Part shown: positions 12,633 through 22,376 of the stretch, one piece after another | Numbering within the stretch: the stretch's first letter is position 1 | How the letters are laid out: every line of letters starts with the position of its first letter | Assembly (NCBI GenBank): GCA_002189035.1 | Contig: NEEC01000008.1 | Location: forward strand, 2,170,001-2,234,000 | Direction: 5' to 3' | Length of the DNA: 64,000 nucleotides | Origin: Utricularia gibba | Lineage: Eukaryota; Plantae; Magnoliophyta | The notes under the pieces: model-generated | What the model saw: only the letters and a program-made list of their open reading frames with translations | Database searches by the model: none | What the model was told of the DNA's origin: nothing | Translations under genes and position numbers: made by a program

Positions 12633-13264
12633 TCTGATGCGACTCGCGCAGGATTCTGGGAGAAGAAATCAATCAATCCTAACCCCAAAGCTCAGGAAGA
12701 AGCCATACATTGCTGAACGGAAGGAAGGCTGAGGAGAAGACATTTTTGAATGGATAGAGTACTGTTTTTCTTCCAACTTGTGATCCAAAACAATCTGCCC
12801 TCATCCCACTTTCTATTGGCCAAAAAAATTCAAACAATTAAAAAAACTTGAAGAATTCAATTATTCTTGTAATAATAAAATTGTAAATCAATTTTAGTTT
12901 TTAAATCCTTTAATAACGTTTAGTATGTGTTTAGGATTAAGTTTCAATCGCTTGTAATTCACGTACTAAACGTGGGTTTATTACTAAATATACAGATTTC
13001 ATTTTATTTTAAATAAATATATTATATTTCAAGTTTTAAGTTTGAATCTATAGATTTCATTTTATTTTAAATAAATTATGAAATGTGTTAGAGAAAATGG
13101 GGACAATTCAATTATTATTGCAATTCTGATGAATATTATATGTTTTGAATTTCAGTTTTTAATAATAAATCATATGAAATAAAAAGTGGGAGATATTTAA
13201 ATAAATAATGCAGCATTTAGTAACATCAAATCCATGGAGGGGAAGCATGTGTCTTGAAGAAATG

Positions 13265-13864
13265 CTATGGACCACTTGAGGGAATGCCAACTGGACCTGG
13301 AGTTACTGGGAGTCCTCCAATCGGAGGAGCCAATTGGGGAGGCGCTGCCGCAGGCGGGGGCGGAGAAAGCAATGCAGGGGGCGTCGACAATTCCGGAGGC
13401 GATGCGGAAGGCAGCTGAGGCGAATCCGAAGAACTTAGGGGCGGCGAGAGCCATGTGGGAGGCGGTGGCTCAACCGGAGGATTTGGGGGCGGAAAACCAG
13501 ACGTCGTGGACGGCGGAGGCTGAAGAGGAGGATATGGAGGCGGAAAACTGGTCATCATGGACGGCGGCGGCGGAGGATATAATCCCGGCGAAACGGGCAC
13601 ATTACCATCGATCGTCTGGGGCGGCGGCGAAGCCTTAGGGTGGCGGGAACTGATTGGAGGTGACCCAGAAGAGGGAATACCAGTATTTGGGTCAGGGAAA
13701 GACCGCGGGGTCTGCTCAGAGCAAGAACTGGAAGAGCACTGCAGGTTTCTGTTGTCGCCGCGCTGGCGGTGCACGACCGCAAGCACGAGGCCGATAATGA
13801 TGAGGAGAATCACCACGGCCACAAAGATCTTGGTAGCTTTCCCCACGTAACACCTCAGTTCCAT
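13265..13864 (-). CDS. Proline-rich (HRGP-like) protein with N-terminal membrane anchor
   Basis: 199-aa ORF. MELRCYVGKATKIFVAVVILLIIIGLVLAVV is a conserved plant N-terminus with a TM helix, followed by a Pro/Ser-rich tail ending in GP. Confidence 0.75.
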   Translation of the reverse strand: MELRCYVGKATKIFVAVVILLIIIGLVLAVVHRQRGDNRNLQCSSSSCSEQTPRSFPDPNTGIPSSGSPPISSRHPKASPPPQTIDGNVPVSPGLYPPPPPSMMTSFPPPYPPLQPPPSTTSGFPPPNPPVEPPPPTWLSPPLSSSDSPQLPSASPPELSTPPALLSPPPPAAAPPQLAPPIGGLPVTPGPVGIPSSGP

Positions 13865-15331
13865 GAATTCGCAAGCTCAGAACTCACACTGCTCCAAGAT
13901 TGAGTCTTTTTGCTGTTATCATTCGTTGACCTCTAAATCTGAGGTCACCGGTGGTGGGGTTGCTCGGTTTTGGTCGACACGTGACCCACACTGCTTATGC
14001 TTTTGTTCTGGTCTCGGGATTTTACAGTCCGAAACTTGCTGCTATATTCTTTGTTCAGATCAGAATCATTGTCTCTGCATAAATGCAAGATCTGTAAATG
14101 CAAGATTTTGGGACCCAAAACCTGATCATTGCAACCCACTTCACAGAAACTTCAATGTGGGGAGTACGTGACTACAATTTAGCAACTGCAAATTGCAGAG
14201 GAGTCTTACTATTTTCATCACTTAATCCCGTCATATTGATCAACTGATACAGCACAAAAGCCCTATGATTTTAACCTTCATCTCAATCTCCATCGGAAAG
14301 AGGCAAATTGTGTGGATCAGCCTGAGTCACGGGCGGCGGAGACTCGACAAGCTCCGCAGCACTGACTTCCTCTACGGCCAAGCCGTTCGGAGCCTGCACC
14401 GCCTTCCCGGGGGCGGCGGAAACAATCAATACGTGAGATTGGTTGGGATGTAGTCAATCAGAAGATTCCAAGCGGAAATAACTCCTCCAACGCATCCGGC
14501 CGTGTGCCGATTACCATGAGCTTTAACCCCAGATATCTCAATTCCAGATACAAAAACAATACTCTGGAAAATGAACATATTTTCTGCAGAAACAATTCGA
14601 GGGACTGATCAAGAACCGGACTTTGTAGCCAGTGGCTTGAACTACAGAAAGAAGATTGCCTATTTCACTCTCCAGCGTCAAGATGACACTGAACTTGGCC
14701 ACGCGAAGACAATTTGAAAATGGAGTTAGGGATCATGGCTGATTTCTCACTATCCGGCCCAACACAAGAACATTCCGATGGCACCGGCCACTGTGCCTGT
14801 TTTTTTTTTGGGCCTAGAAACTTTCCGATTGCACCGGTCCAAGAGACGAACGTTCCAACAGAGACGACATTTTATAGTATATTTTTAATTATAAAACCAG
14901 CACACTGATTTCCCGACTATTTCACAGTTCAGATTCTCGCCCTACGCTGATCTCCACCCAAACAAGAATTGTTTCGATCCTTCTGATTTCAACACAATTT
15001 CTCATACCCATTTCCCCAAACCCACCTGCGACTTTTCCCATCGTCCCTACGCCTCCGTCGAGAAGCGTGAAGCGTAACCCCGCCTCTGATCGTTCGATTA
15101 ACCTCTGGTTGAGGCCGGTTTTTTTCTATACTCATCTATTTTTTGAGATTTCAACGCTCTCTGGGGAGTGGAGGTCTTAAATTTTGTATATGGTTTCCAG
15201 TTGAAATGGGGTCCTGTGACTTGTCTGCCTGTCCGAATTCGGTACTGCTTTTGGGACAGAATGCTGTTTCTTAATTCCTGCTTCTGGTATCTGGGGAGTG
15301 TACCCTTCCTTCAAGCTTTTTATACATACAA

Positions 15332-17057
15332 ATGAATAGTAGGCCCCGAAGTATGGGGTTCATGATTCAGTGTTTGCTTGATTATCTGAAAAGGATGCAA
15401 GATGAGAACCCCAGTTTCTTTTATGCCGTTGATGATGATGATGAGCAGTTGGGAAATGTATTCTGGGCTGATTCCAACTCGCAGATGAATTACTGCTATT
15501 TTGGGGACACAATTAGACTGGATACATCGTATAGAACTAACCGTTCAAGGATGCCACTCGTAACCATCACTGGCATAAACCACCATGCGCAGCCAGTACT
15601 TTTTGGGGTTGGATTGATTCTTAATGAATCGGAAAACACATTCATTTGGCTGCTTGAGTCTTTTCTTCAAGCAATGTCGGGTAAGAGCCCTATCTCCATC
15701 ACCTGTGATCCTGACAGAGTCATTCAGATGGCAGTCTCACGAGTACTTCCTGCTGCGCGCACTCGTTTCTGTCGGTGGAGCATATTCAGGCAGACACATG
15801 AAAAGATGGGTGGTGTAGTGCAGGATAATCCTGGTTTTGATTTTGAGCTCAAGAAATGTGTTAATGAAGCCGATATAGTGGAGGAATTTGAGTCCTCTTG
15901 GGCGACCCTTTTGAGCAGCTACTTCTTGATTGATGATGAGTGGCTGCAATCCTTGTACAATATCCGCGATCAGTGGGTTCCTGTGTATCTGAAAGATGTG
16001 TTTTTTGGGGAAGTTTCCATGGTGGAGTGCGTGGATCCCTTGAGCCTACTCTTTGATGGTTGTTTGTCCTTTTCTACCAGCATACAGTCGCTGATTAAAC
16101 AATATGAGAAGGCCATTACCAGTTGGCATGAAAGGGAGTTAAAAGATGATCTTGATACTTGCAGCCACGCCCCTGCTCTTAAAACACCATCCCCAATGGA
16201 AAAACAAGCTGCAGATGTGTATACCAGAAGGATTTTCTTAAAATTTCAAGGGGAACTAGTTGAAACCCTAGCTAACTCTGCAAATATTGTCGATGATGCA
16301 GGCACAATATCAACATATCGTGTATCCAAATTCGGTGAAGAGAAAGACCATATTGTTAGATTCAATGCATTTCAGATGAAAGCAGCCTGTAGCTGTAGAA
16401 TGTTTGAGTTTTCCGGTATCGTTTGCCGACATATACTCTCTGTATTCAGAGCAAAAGATGTGTGGTTGCTTCCTGATGAGTATGTTCTGAAACGGTGGAC
16501 CAGAAATGCCAAAGCTCCCTCCAATGAACCAACAGTTCCTGCATCTGCTCCCATGCTCCCTCATAGTTATTATGAATCCAGAATCATTCGCCAAAGCAAC
16601 CTACGGGAAGAGGCTATCAAGTTTGTGGAAGAGGGTTCTAAATCCATACATGTCTACAATGTAGCAGTGAATGCCCTCCAGGAGGCCTCCAGAAAAGTAG
16701 CAGCTGTGAGAAGCAAAACCGGTGCTTCCTCCAAGGGTACTGCTAATGAGGCCAATGGTGGAGATTTGGAATCACATCCAACCCAAGATCATGCTTCTTC
16801 TTTCATGTCTCAGGTTCCATACTTGTGCTCTCTCACCCCAGTTTGAACATTTCCCTTAAACCCCTCAGTTTTGGCATGTGACACCGCAGGAAGAGAAAAA
16901 GAAGAGAATATGCGACCTGGAAAGCGAGCTGGAGGGAGTGAACCAGAGATGTGCTTTGTATCGCACGGTTCTTCAGGCCCTCTCCAGAGACATTGAAGAC
17001 CAGAAGCTGAAACTGTCGGTTAAGGTTCAAAACGCCAGGCTTTCTCTGAAAGAGTGA
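15332..17057 (+). CDS. FRS9: FAR1-RELATED SEQUENCE 9-like domesticated MULE transposase (no N-terminal FAR1 DNA-binding domain)
   Basis: Exons 15332-16813 and 16890-17057 with a 76-nt GT-AG intron. Contains the MULE core (GNVFWAD, GINHHAQPVLFG), a SWIM finger CSCRMFEFSGIVCRH and a C-terminal coiled coil ending KLSVKVQNARLSLKE, typical of FRS9. Confidence 0.9.
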
Positions 17058-17541
17058 AGAAGAAAAGGAAGCAAGCATAGACATTGTGAAGGTTTTGTCT
17101 TCGCCTGAGATGGGTACGGGGCGGGTCACCTCCTCTATGTTCGACAGATCTGGGCCCGGCGGGGGTGAGGCTGATTTTTGAGCTGAGGAGATCTCCACGT
17201 CGTCTTCTCAGAGCCGGCGAAAATATCTTTGCGCTGCGCCGACGGGTAGCCACGTGTATGCGCCTCGTTCGCCTGCGACGCCCCGAGCGACCTCCGCCAC
17301 TCTACTACCCTTGTGTACGGTGACCACAGGAATTAATCTGGAATATTTTTTATTTCCTTTTTTATTATTATTTAATTAGAGAATCTCGTCGTCACTATTC
17401 TTCATCGACGACCTGCAACAATGGCATTACTATAAATTTCGCCCTACGTTTCGTCTTCGGTTCCAAAACGTTTCTGGCAAGGAAGCGAATCGATCTTCTT
17501 CTCGCTGATTTTACGGCGAAAATTTGCGGGAGAGTCACAGA

Positions 17542-18009
17542 ATGAAAAGGTGCGAGCTCTGCAAACGGGAGGCGCGCGTGCAATGCGACGCGGATCTGGC
17601 TGCCTTGTGTTGGGATTGCGACGCTACGGTTCATTCCGCGAATTTCTTGGTAGCGCGGCATAAGAGGAGCCTGCTCTGCGAACTCTGCGCCTCGGTATTG
17701 CAGTGGTCGGCCGACGGAAGCAGATTGCCTCCGATATTGTCTGTTTTGTGCCAGCAATGCGCCAGCGGGCGCAACATAGGCGCGAAGAAGGCGGAGGATC
17801 GCGTTACTGAGGAGGAGGTTGTTCATGTGGTTCCAAGTTCTCCGGCCGATTCATGTTCGAGTAGCAGCAGTAAACACGAGTTGAGGGACGGAGATGCGCG
17901 ATCGAGAAGTAGTTGTTCGAGTAGGCGTAAGCGGGGGAAGTGCGACGACGTTCCGGAGGATTTGCGGAAGCGGCGCAGGGCGGAGAATGGGTGGGATTTG
18001 ATGAACTGA
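17542..18009 (+). CDS. Single-B-box protein (BBX28/29-like, no CCT domain)
   Basis: MKRCELCKREARVQCDADLAALCWDCDATVHSANFLVARHKRSLLC is B-box1. It is followed by CxxC remnants and a Ser-rich/basic tail; intronless, 155 aa. Confidence 0.85.
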   Translation: MKRCELCKREARVQCDADLAALCWDCDATVHSANFLVARHKRSLLCELCASVLQWSADGSRLPPILSVLCQQCASGRNIGAKKAEDRVTEEEVVHVVPSSPADSCSSSSSKHELRDGDARSRSSCSSRRKRGKCDDVPEDLRKRRRAENGWDLMN

Positions 18010-18857
18010 TTTAATTGTATTCTGAACTACTTATTTCAATATTCAACTAGGTACTGTTAAAAAATCAGGTTTAATAAAAATGAATTATAACCATATCTTT
18101 TTAATTACAATATTATTGTAATCACACACACACATATATATATATCTGGTAATGTGTGCAATAATATGTGACAACACGGTAATGTATGCTTTCCAAGCGA
18201 CGGCTGAGTGTGCTTACGTAATAACAAATAATTTAAATAAAATATTAATTAAATTATTTTACTAAAAACCGTCTTATGGATATGAACCTCAACCTTGCAC
18301 AGCAAGGTCATGCGTAAGATGTCCCTTCCAAGTTCTTTTTGCTACCCAACGCAAAATTGGTAGGATTAGTTCCACGAGTTGTAGTGTTGTGTGTGGTCAA
18401 GAACGAAGAAAAAAAAGAAAGTGTTGTGGGGTTCCCTGAACCAAATTTGAGGTCAAGAATGAGAGGGAAAAGTGGACAGTTGTGGCTGAGGCAGCTTCCT
18501 ACCGCATGGTAGAAACCTTAGCTGACAAGGAAAGATTTGGACCAGGAAAAGAGAGAAATCAAAACTGGGCCATGTTCTATTCTAACCTCCACTTCCCTGT
18601 GGCGGTCATTGTGTGCCACAAGTTCAAAGTATGGACTTCAATGCATGGTGGGGGCGGGCATTCCTGAGTACTGGGACTATACCTCAATACATGCTTGTTT
18701 TTTGTTTCAATTTTTCCAATGGGATGGTCAGTAATGTGTAACAGGATGCACTAATCGGTAGAACTCGATACTCGAATGAAAGTGAACTTAGACATCTGTT
18801 TAGCATAAGAATCTAGGCCTAGGAACAAACTCAGAGGGGTATGTCATGTATAAAAGC

Positions 18858-19923
18858 TTAGGCAAGTTTTATTGGTTTCCCGCAGAGCTTTTCTAACTCA
18901 GTTTCCAGTACCTTGAAAAGACTTCCCTGTGTGCGCCGGTATATCCAAGACTCTGTTGCTTGGTCCCAATCAAATCTGGATGGTCCACTGTAAAAAAGTG
19001 ATGTTGAGCTTCTCAAGGATTCCAATGTAGGACAGCATCGCGGTAGTAGGAGATGAATGAAGCTGGAGGAAAAGTACCTCACGGGGGATGACATCCAAAT
19101 CTGCCTGTTCGGCGTTTGCTTGTTTATGACATATGTTCCCGAGCTCCCAAGCTTCAAGGTCAGCACTTGATTCTGGATGACAAACAAAAGTTGTAGGGGA
19201 AACTGGATAATGCAGTCAGCCTTTAGTTAACAATTGATAAAAATAGCTAACCCCATAATCTATGTCAAAACCATCCATCTCCACCGCGTCCCGTATTCCT
19301 ATACACAAAAGGGAACCACTAAGATACATACAAGGAGAGCTTATGAATGAGCTAAACGATACCAAAAAGTTCCAAAGGGATTATAGCAACAAAGTTGAAC
19401 CATCAAAGGGAATCACCTCGAGCTTTTCAAGAAGATCATGGATGGTGGTGTCAGCCAACCGGTGATACTCGTCTTCCTGGAGGGCCGAGCTGAAAGAACA
19501 AGAGAAAATCACCGATCTTTCAGAAGACACCTTGATCGAAATCGAACGTTAAAGAATCCCTCCCTCTCCATAACGAATCCAAACTCAACAAAGGCAAATT
19601 ACTACCATTCACTACGTGAATTTACCCGAAGAAATCAAAATCCCCGAGTGGCGCATTCATTCCTCAAATACTCACCGGTAATCCGTTAATTCTGGCCCTG
19701 CAGACTCTTCGTTGATAGAAGAGTAAGACAGAGCGCGATGGTGCGCAAAACCCCAGCGCGATGAAATTTGAGAATCGGCGGCAGATGAAATCGACCGAGA
19801 TTTACTCAACAGAGACAATTGCGGAGAATTCTGGGCTCTAGAAACCGGAGACAACCACCGAAACGATACCAAAGCTCGAATCACCGCTCTGCTACTTGAG
19901 TAGAAGCAGCGAGGAACGGCCAT
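18858..19923 (-). CDS. FH: Frataxin, mitochondrial
   Basis: Five exons: a mitochondrial presequence-like N-terminus, then [71 protein letters not shown] and SGPSRFDWD...YRRT...[13 protein letters not shown]. Confidence 0.95.
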
Positions 19924-19983
19924 TTCATCAGTTCTGCAGTAGTTGCACTGCCGTATCTGTCACCTGATTGTCCTGACCTTTAG

Positions 19984-20040
19984 ATGGGCTTTTAATTGGG
20001 CCACAGACAATCGGCCCAATAAAATCAACATTGAGCCCAA
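19984..20040. promoter_or_regulatory. Cluster of four site II elements (TGGGCY) upstream of frataxin
   Basis: TGGGCT, TGGGCC, GGCCCA and AGCCCA lie within about 60 bp, starting about 60 bp upstream of the frataxin ATG. Site II motifs are TCP-bound elements common in nuclear genes for mitochondrial proteins. Confidence 0.6.
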
Positions 20041-20660
20041 CTTGATGAGCTGGTGTGTGGTCTGAACTCTGAAGAAACATTGATGGGTGATTATTACGCA
20101 TTCGCCCTTGCTTGGTATCAGGTCAACGATGCATCAATTATAAATTAAGAAGGATGGATTACGCTGATCGTAATTACCCAAGAGCCCTGTTTTCGATCTC
20201 AGGAATATGTGATATTATCCATTTAATGTACAATAAAATAAAAAATTAAAATACATTACTAAATATATTTAAACAGAAGCACAACTCTTTGATACTAAAA
20301 ACAGTAAATATTATATCCTCAAAGAGTGACATGATGATCTTTCATCAACCAGCTCTTCTTTTGTTATTGCAAGACTTGGAACACATCCTCATGGCACTTG
20401 AACCAGAATCCGGCGCCGTTTGTCTCCCGCCCAAGAGGTCTGGAACATGTGAAGACAACGTTTCGGCTTCGCATTCAGAATTGCAAAAACCACATCGAAA
20501 AGAAGAGATGTCTCTGCGGCACAGTGTGGATCGGATGACTTGCAATGCTGAACCTACAAGCGAACAAAATTCAGGCTCTTGGGATCACCCCTTCTACCAG
20601 ACTTTCCAATGAACCATCACAAGCATGAAGATGATACATTTACAAATTAGACATGTGGAG

Positions 20661-20778
20661 TGCCTCAGAGATAGATGTATAATCACTTGCAGTACAGACC
20701 CACCAAGTATGTTATCCCTGCGGAGCAGGGGCTTGGCTACCTGCCGCTCATATACTATCCAACGAAGCATCACCGGCA
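20661..20778 (-). ncRNA. Box C/D snoRNA, predicted guide for 2'-O-methylation of 25S rRNA U2347 (yeast numbering)
   Basis: Terminal stem TGCC/GGCA, C box GTGATGC (20773-20767), D' ATGA (20751-20748), C' GTGATTA and D CTGA (20668-20665). The D' guide UUCGUUGGAUAGUA forms 14 bp (one G-U) with 25S UACUAUCCAGCGAA, and the fifth-nucleotide rule points at UAC[U]AUCC. Confidence 0.8.
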
Positions 20779-20905
20779 AAATGTGAGTGTTCCCCAACAA
20801 ATCAAAAAGTTCAGTGTAAATATGCACTCTTTTATGCGAATCTAGTGGCTTTAATTTCAAAGCATGAACAAGGTAAGCATCCAGAAAACGAGACCAACAG
20901 ACCAT
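20779..20905 (-). ncRNA. Candidate box H/ACA snoRNA (copy B of a tandem pair)
   Basis: Two-hairpin layout with H box ATAAAA (20835-20830), basal stem GAGTG/CACTC and ACA followed by TTT (20784-20779). It sits between two C/D snoRNAs. No target could be assigned with confidence. Confidence 0.5.
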
Positions 20906-20920
20906 AATACATTGCTCGGT

Positions 20921-21058
20921 GGCAAAATGAGAATGTTCCCCGACAAATGAATAAGCTACACTGTAAAAAAGCAGTCTTTTCTGAGAATGCAGTGGCTTGA
21001 ATTACAGTTATTTCCAAGCATGAACGAGGTTAGCATCAAGAAAACGATACCAACAAAC
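20921..21058 (-). ncRNA. Diverged duplicate of the H/ACA-like element (copy A, possibly decayed)
   Basis: Aligns end to end with 20900-20775 (for example GTTCATGCTT, AAGCCACT, GGGGAACA and CATTTTGCC are shared). H box AGAAAA is at 20982-20977, but the ACA position reads TCA and the basal stem has a mismatch. Confidence 0.35.
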
Positions 21059-21180
21059 TAGAGTAAGTTGATGGGTGACACCAACTTTCTACCAATCAAG
21101 GGTTTTCTGAAGCAGGACGGGCATTCCTAGCGAGTATTCATCGTCGCCATGAAGACTGCAAATCAAATGTCTAAAAAAAA

Positions 21181-21278
21181 TTGGCTCATATCAAGAAATT
21201 CAACCATAATCCCTTGATGCTTCATAGATTGCACAGTGCAAGCCTCAGAAGCGCGGATAAAAGATTAATCATAGCCAA
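21181..21278 (-). ncRNA. Box C/D snoRNA, U36a-type dual guide for 25S A2220 and G2236 (yeast numbering)
   Basis: 5-bp terminal stem TTGGC/GCCAA, C box ATGATTA (21272-21266), D' CTGA (21248-21245) and D ATGA (21189-21186). The D' guide UUUAUCCGCGCUU forms 13 bp with 25S AAGCGCGGGUAAA. The D guide UGGUUGAAUUUCUU forms a perfect 14 bp with 25S AAGAAAUUCAACCA. The predicted targets are 16 nt apart, as for A2220/G2236. Confidence 0.9.
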
Positions 21279-21638
21279 TTTGAATGTTTTTTGCACATGA
21301 AGAAAAAAAGGAACGATCTTGTATTTTCAGATATTGCGGATGTCTTTAGAGGTAAAATCATTGAAGAAGAAAGACGAAACCCCCACGTGAAAACCCGCAT
21401 TACATATTTGCCTCCATGACTAGCCCCTTTCCCATTGCACTAAGCGATCGGGAAACAGCTAAAGGTGTGGAGAGGCAAAAGCAAAGAAAGTGACGGAAGA
21501 CAAGAACTTGATCGCTTCATAAACGAAAAGCCAAACGATGACGACGGATTCGATACGAATCCAGAGACGCCATGAATCATGAAGCAAACCTGCTTACAAG
21601 CTTGAAGGAAAGGCTGCAGTTTATCGCCCAGCGGCTAC

Positions 21639-21715
21639 TAGGGTTTTATTATGAATTGTGGCATCGGCTAGGGCTTCGTTTCGTATAGGGCCCGGGCTTA
21701 CAAATGAATTGGGCT
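21639..21715 (-). promoter_or_regulatory. Telo-box plus site II promoter of the snoRNA host transcript
   Basis: AAACCCTA (21646-21639) lies downstream of GGGCCC and TGGGCT (21710-21715) site II-type motifs, followed by a GTAAGC donor at 21597. This TeloSII architecture is established for plant snoRNA and ribosome-biogenesis genes. Confidence 0.65.
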
Positions 21716-22376
21716 TTTCTCTGAAATGGAGTGTGTGCAGCGGGAAGAGGGAAGACGGCGGCAGGCCAGAGACGAATTCGCGAAAATGCTTGCTTGGCCT
21801 AACCTGAATCACCCATGAGCTCATCGGCGAGTGAACAATCCAGACACCTTCGGATGCTTTTACTGGTGTTTTGGAATGTGAGGCCTTGCATTTAATGAAT
21901 GATCAGAAACGCCGAGGGAAACTTCCGGCGCGCCAGATTTCTGCCGGGAAACTTGTATTTTTCTGGGTGGAAGTACTTAAGTTTCAACTTATATCTCCTC
22001 ACTCTGAGACTACTGAACTTATTCTTACATCATCATCATCAACATCAGAAAGGGGTGTTTCAACGTTTCAGGAGTGCCATCACAAGCCTGAAGATGACAA
22101 AAGACCAGCCTTCGAAGGCTTTATGTGCTGAATCACGAAACAACAACCTTATCGAGAGGATAGTGCAAACAATAGATACAGGGTCCCCGCCCAGCTGGTG
22201 AGGTTTAGCATACATAACCGTCATTGGAACTTCGAAGTTCTCAAAACTTCACGGCGGATGATGATCAACCGGAATCCGTTTGTTCGGCCCTAGAAAAGGG
22301 AAACATGAGCTGAGCATGTTGCTTGAAGTTGTGACTGGGAATGAGGGGTGTAGTCCTAGAATCAGTTGTCTTCCTC

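Noticed and set aside
18430-18670. Open stretch EREKWTVVAEAAS...NQNWAMFYS faintly like a LINE ORF2 fragment
   Set aside because: The similarity is too weak to support by eye and no RT or endonuclease motif is nearby; a profile search would be needed.
20470-20552. Hairpin (TTCAG/CTGAA, ATTGCAA/TTGCAAT, CCACA/TGTGG) downstream of the snoRNAs, considered as a sno-miRNA dicistron
   Set aside because: Only about 13 contiguous bp precede a 6-nt bulge, so no 21-nt duplex forms, and no H box follows.
20570-20625. GTGATGG...CTGA as another C/D snoRNA
   Set aside because: It is too short, has no terminal stem, and its would-be guides matched no rRNA segment I could recall.
20289-21824. Multi-exon protein-coding model stitched from the short ORFs between frataxin and SRF
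   Set aside because: Open paths can be spliced, but the product resembles nothing. The same bases are better explained by snoRNA boxes, terminal stems and rRNA-complementary guides.
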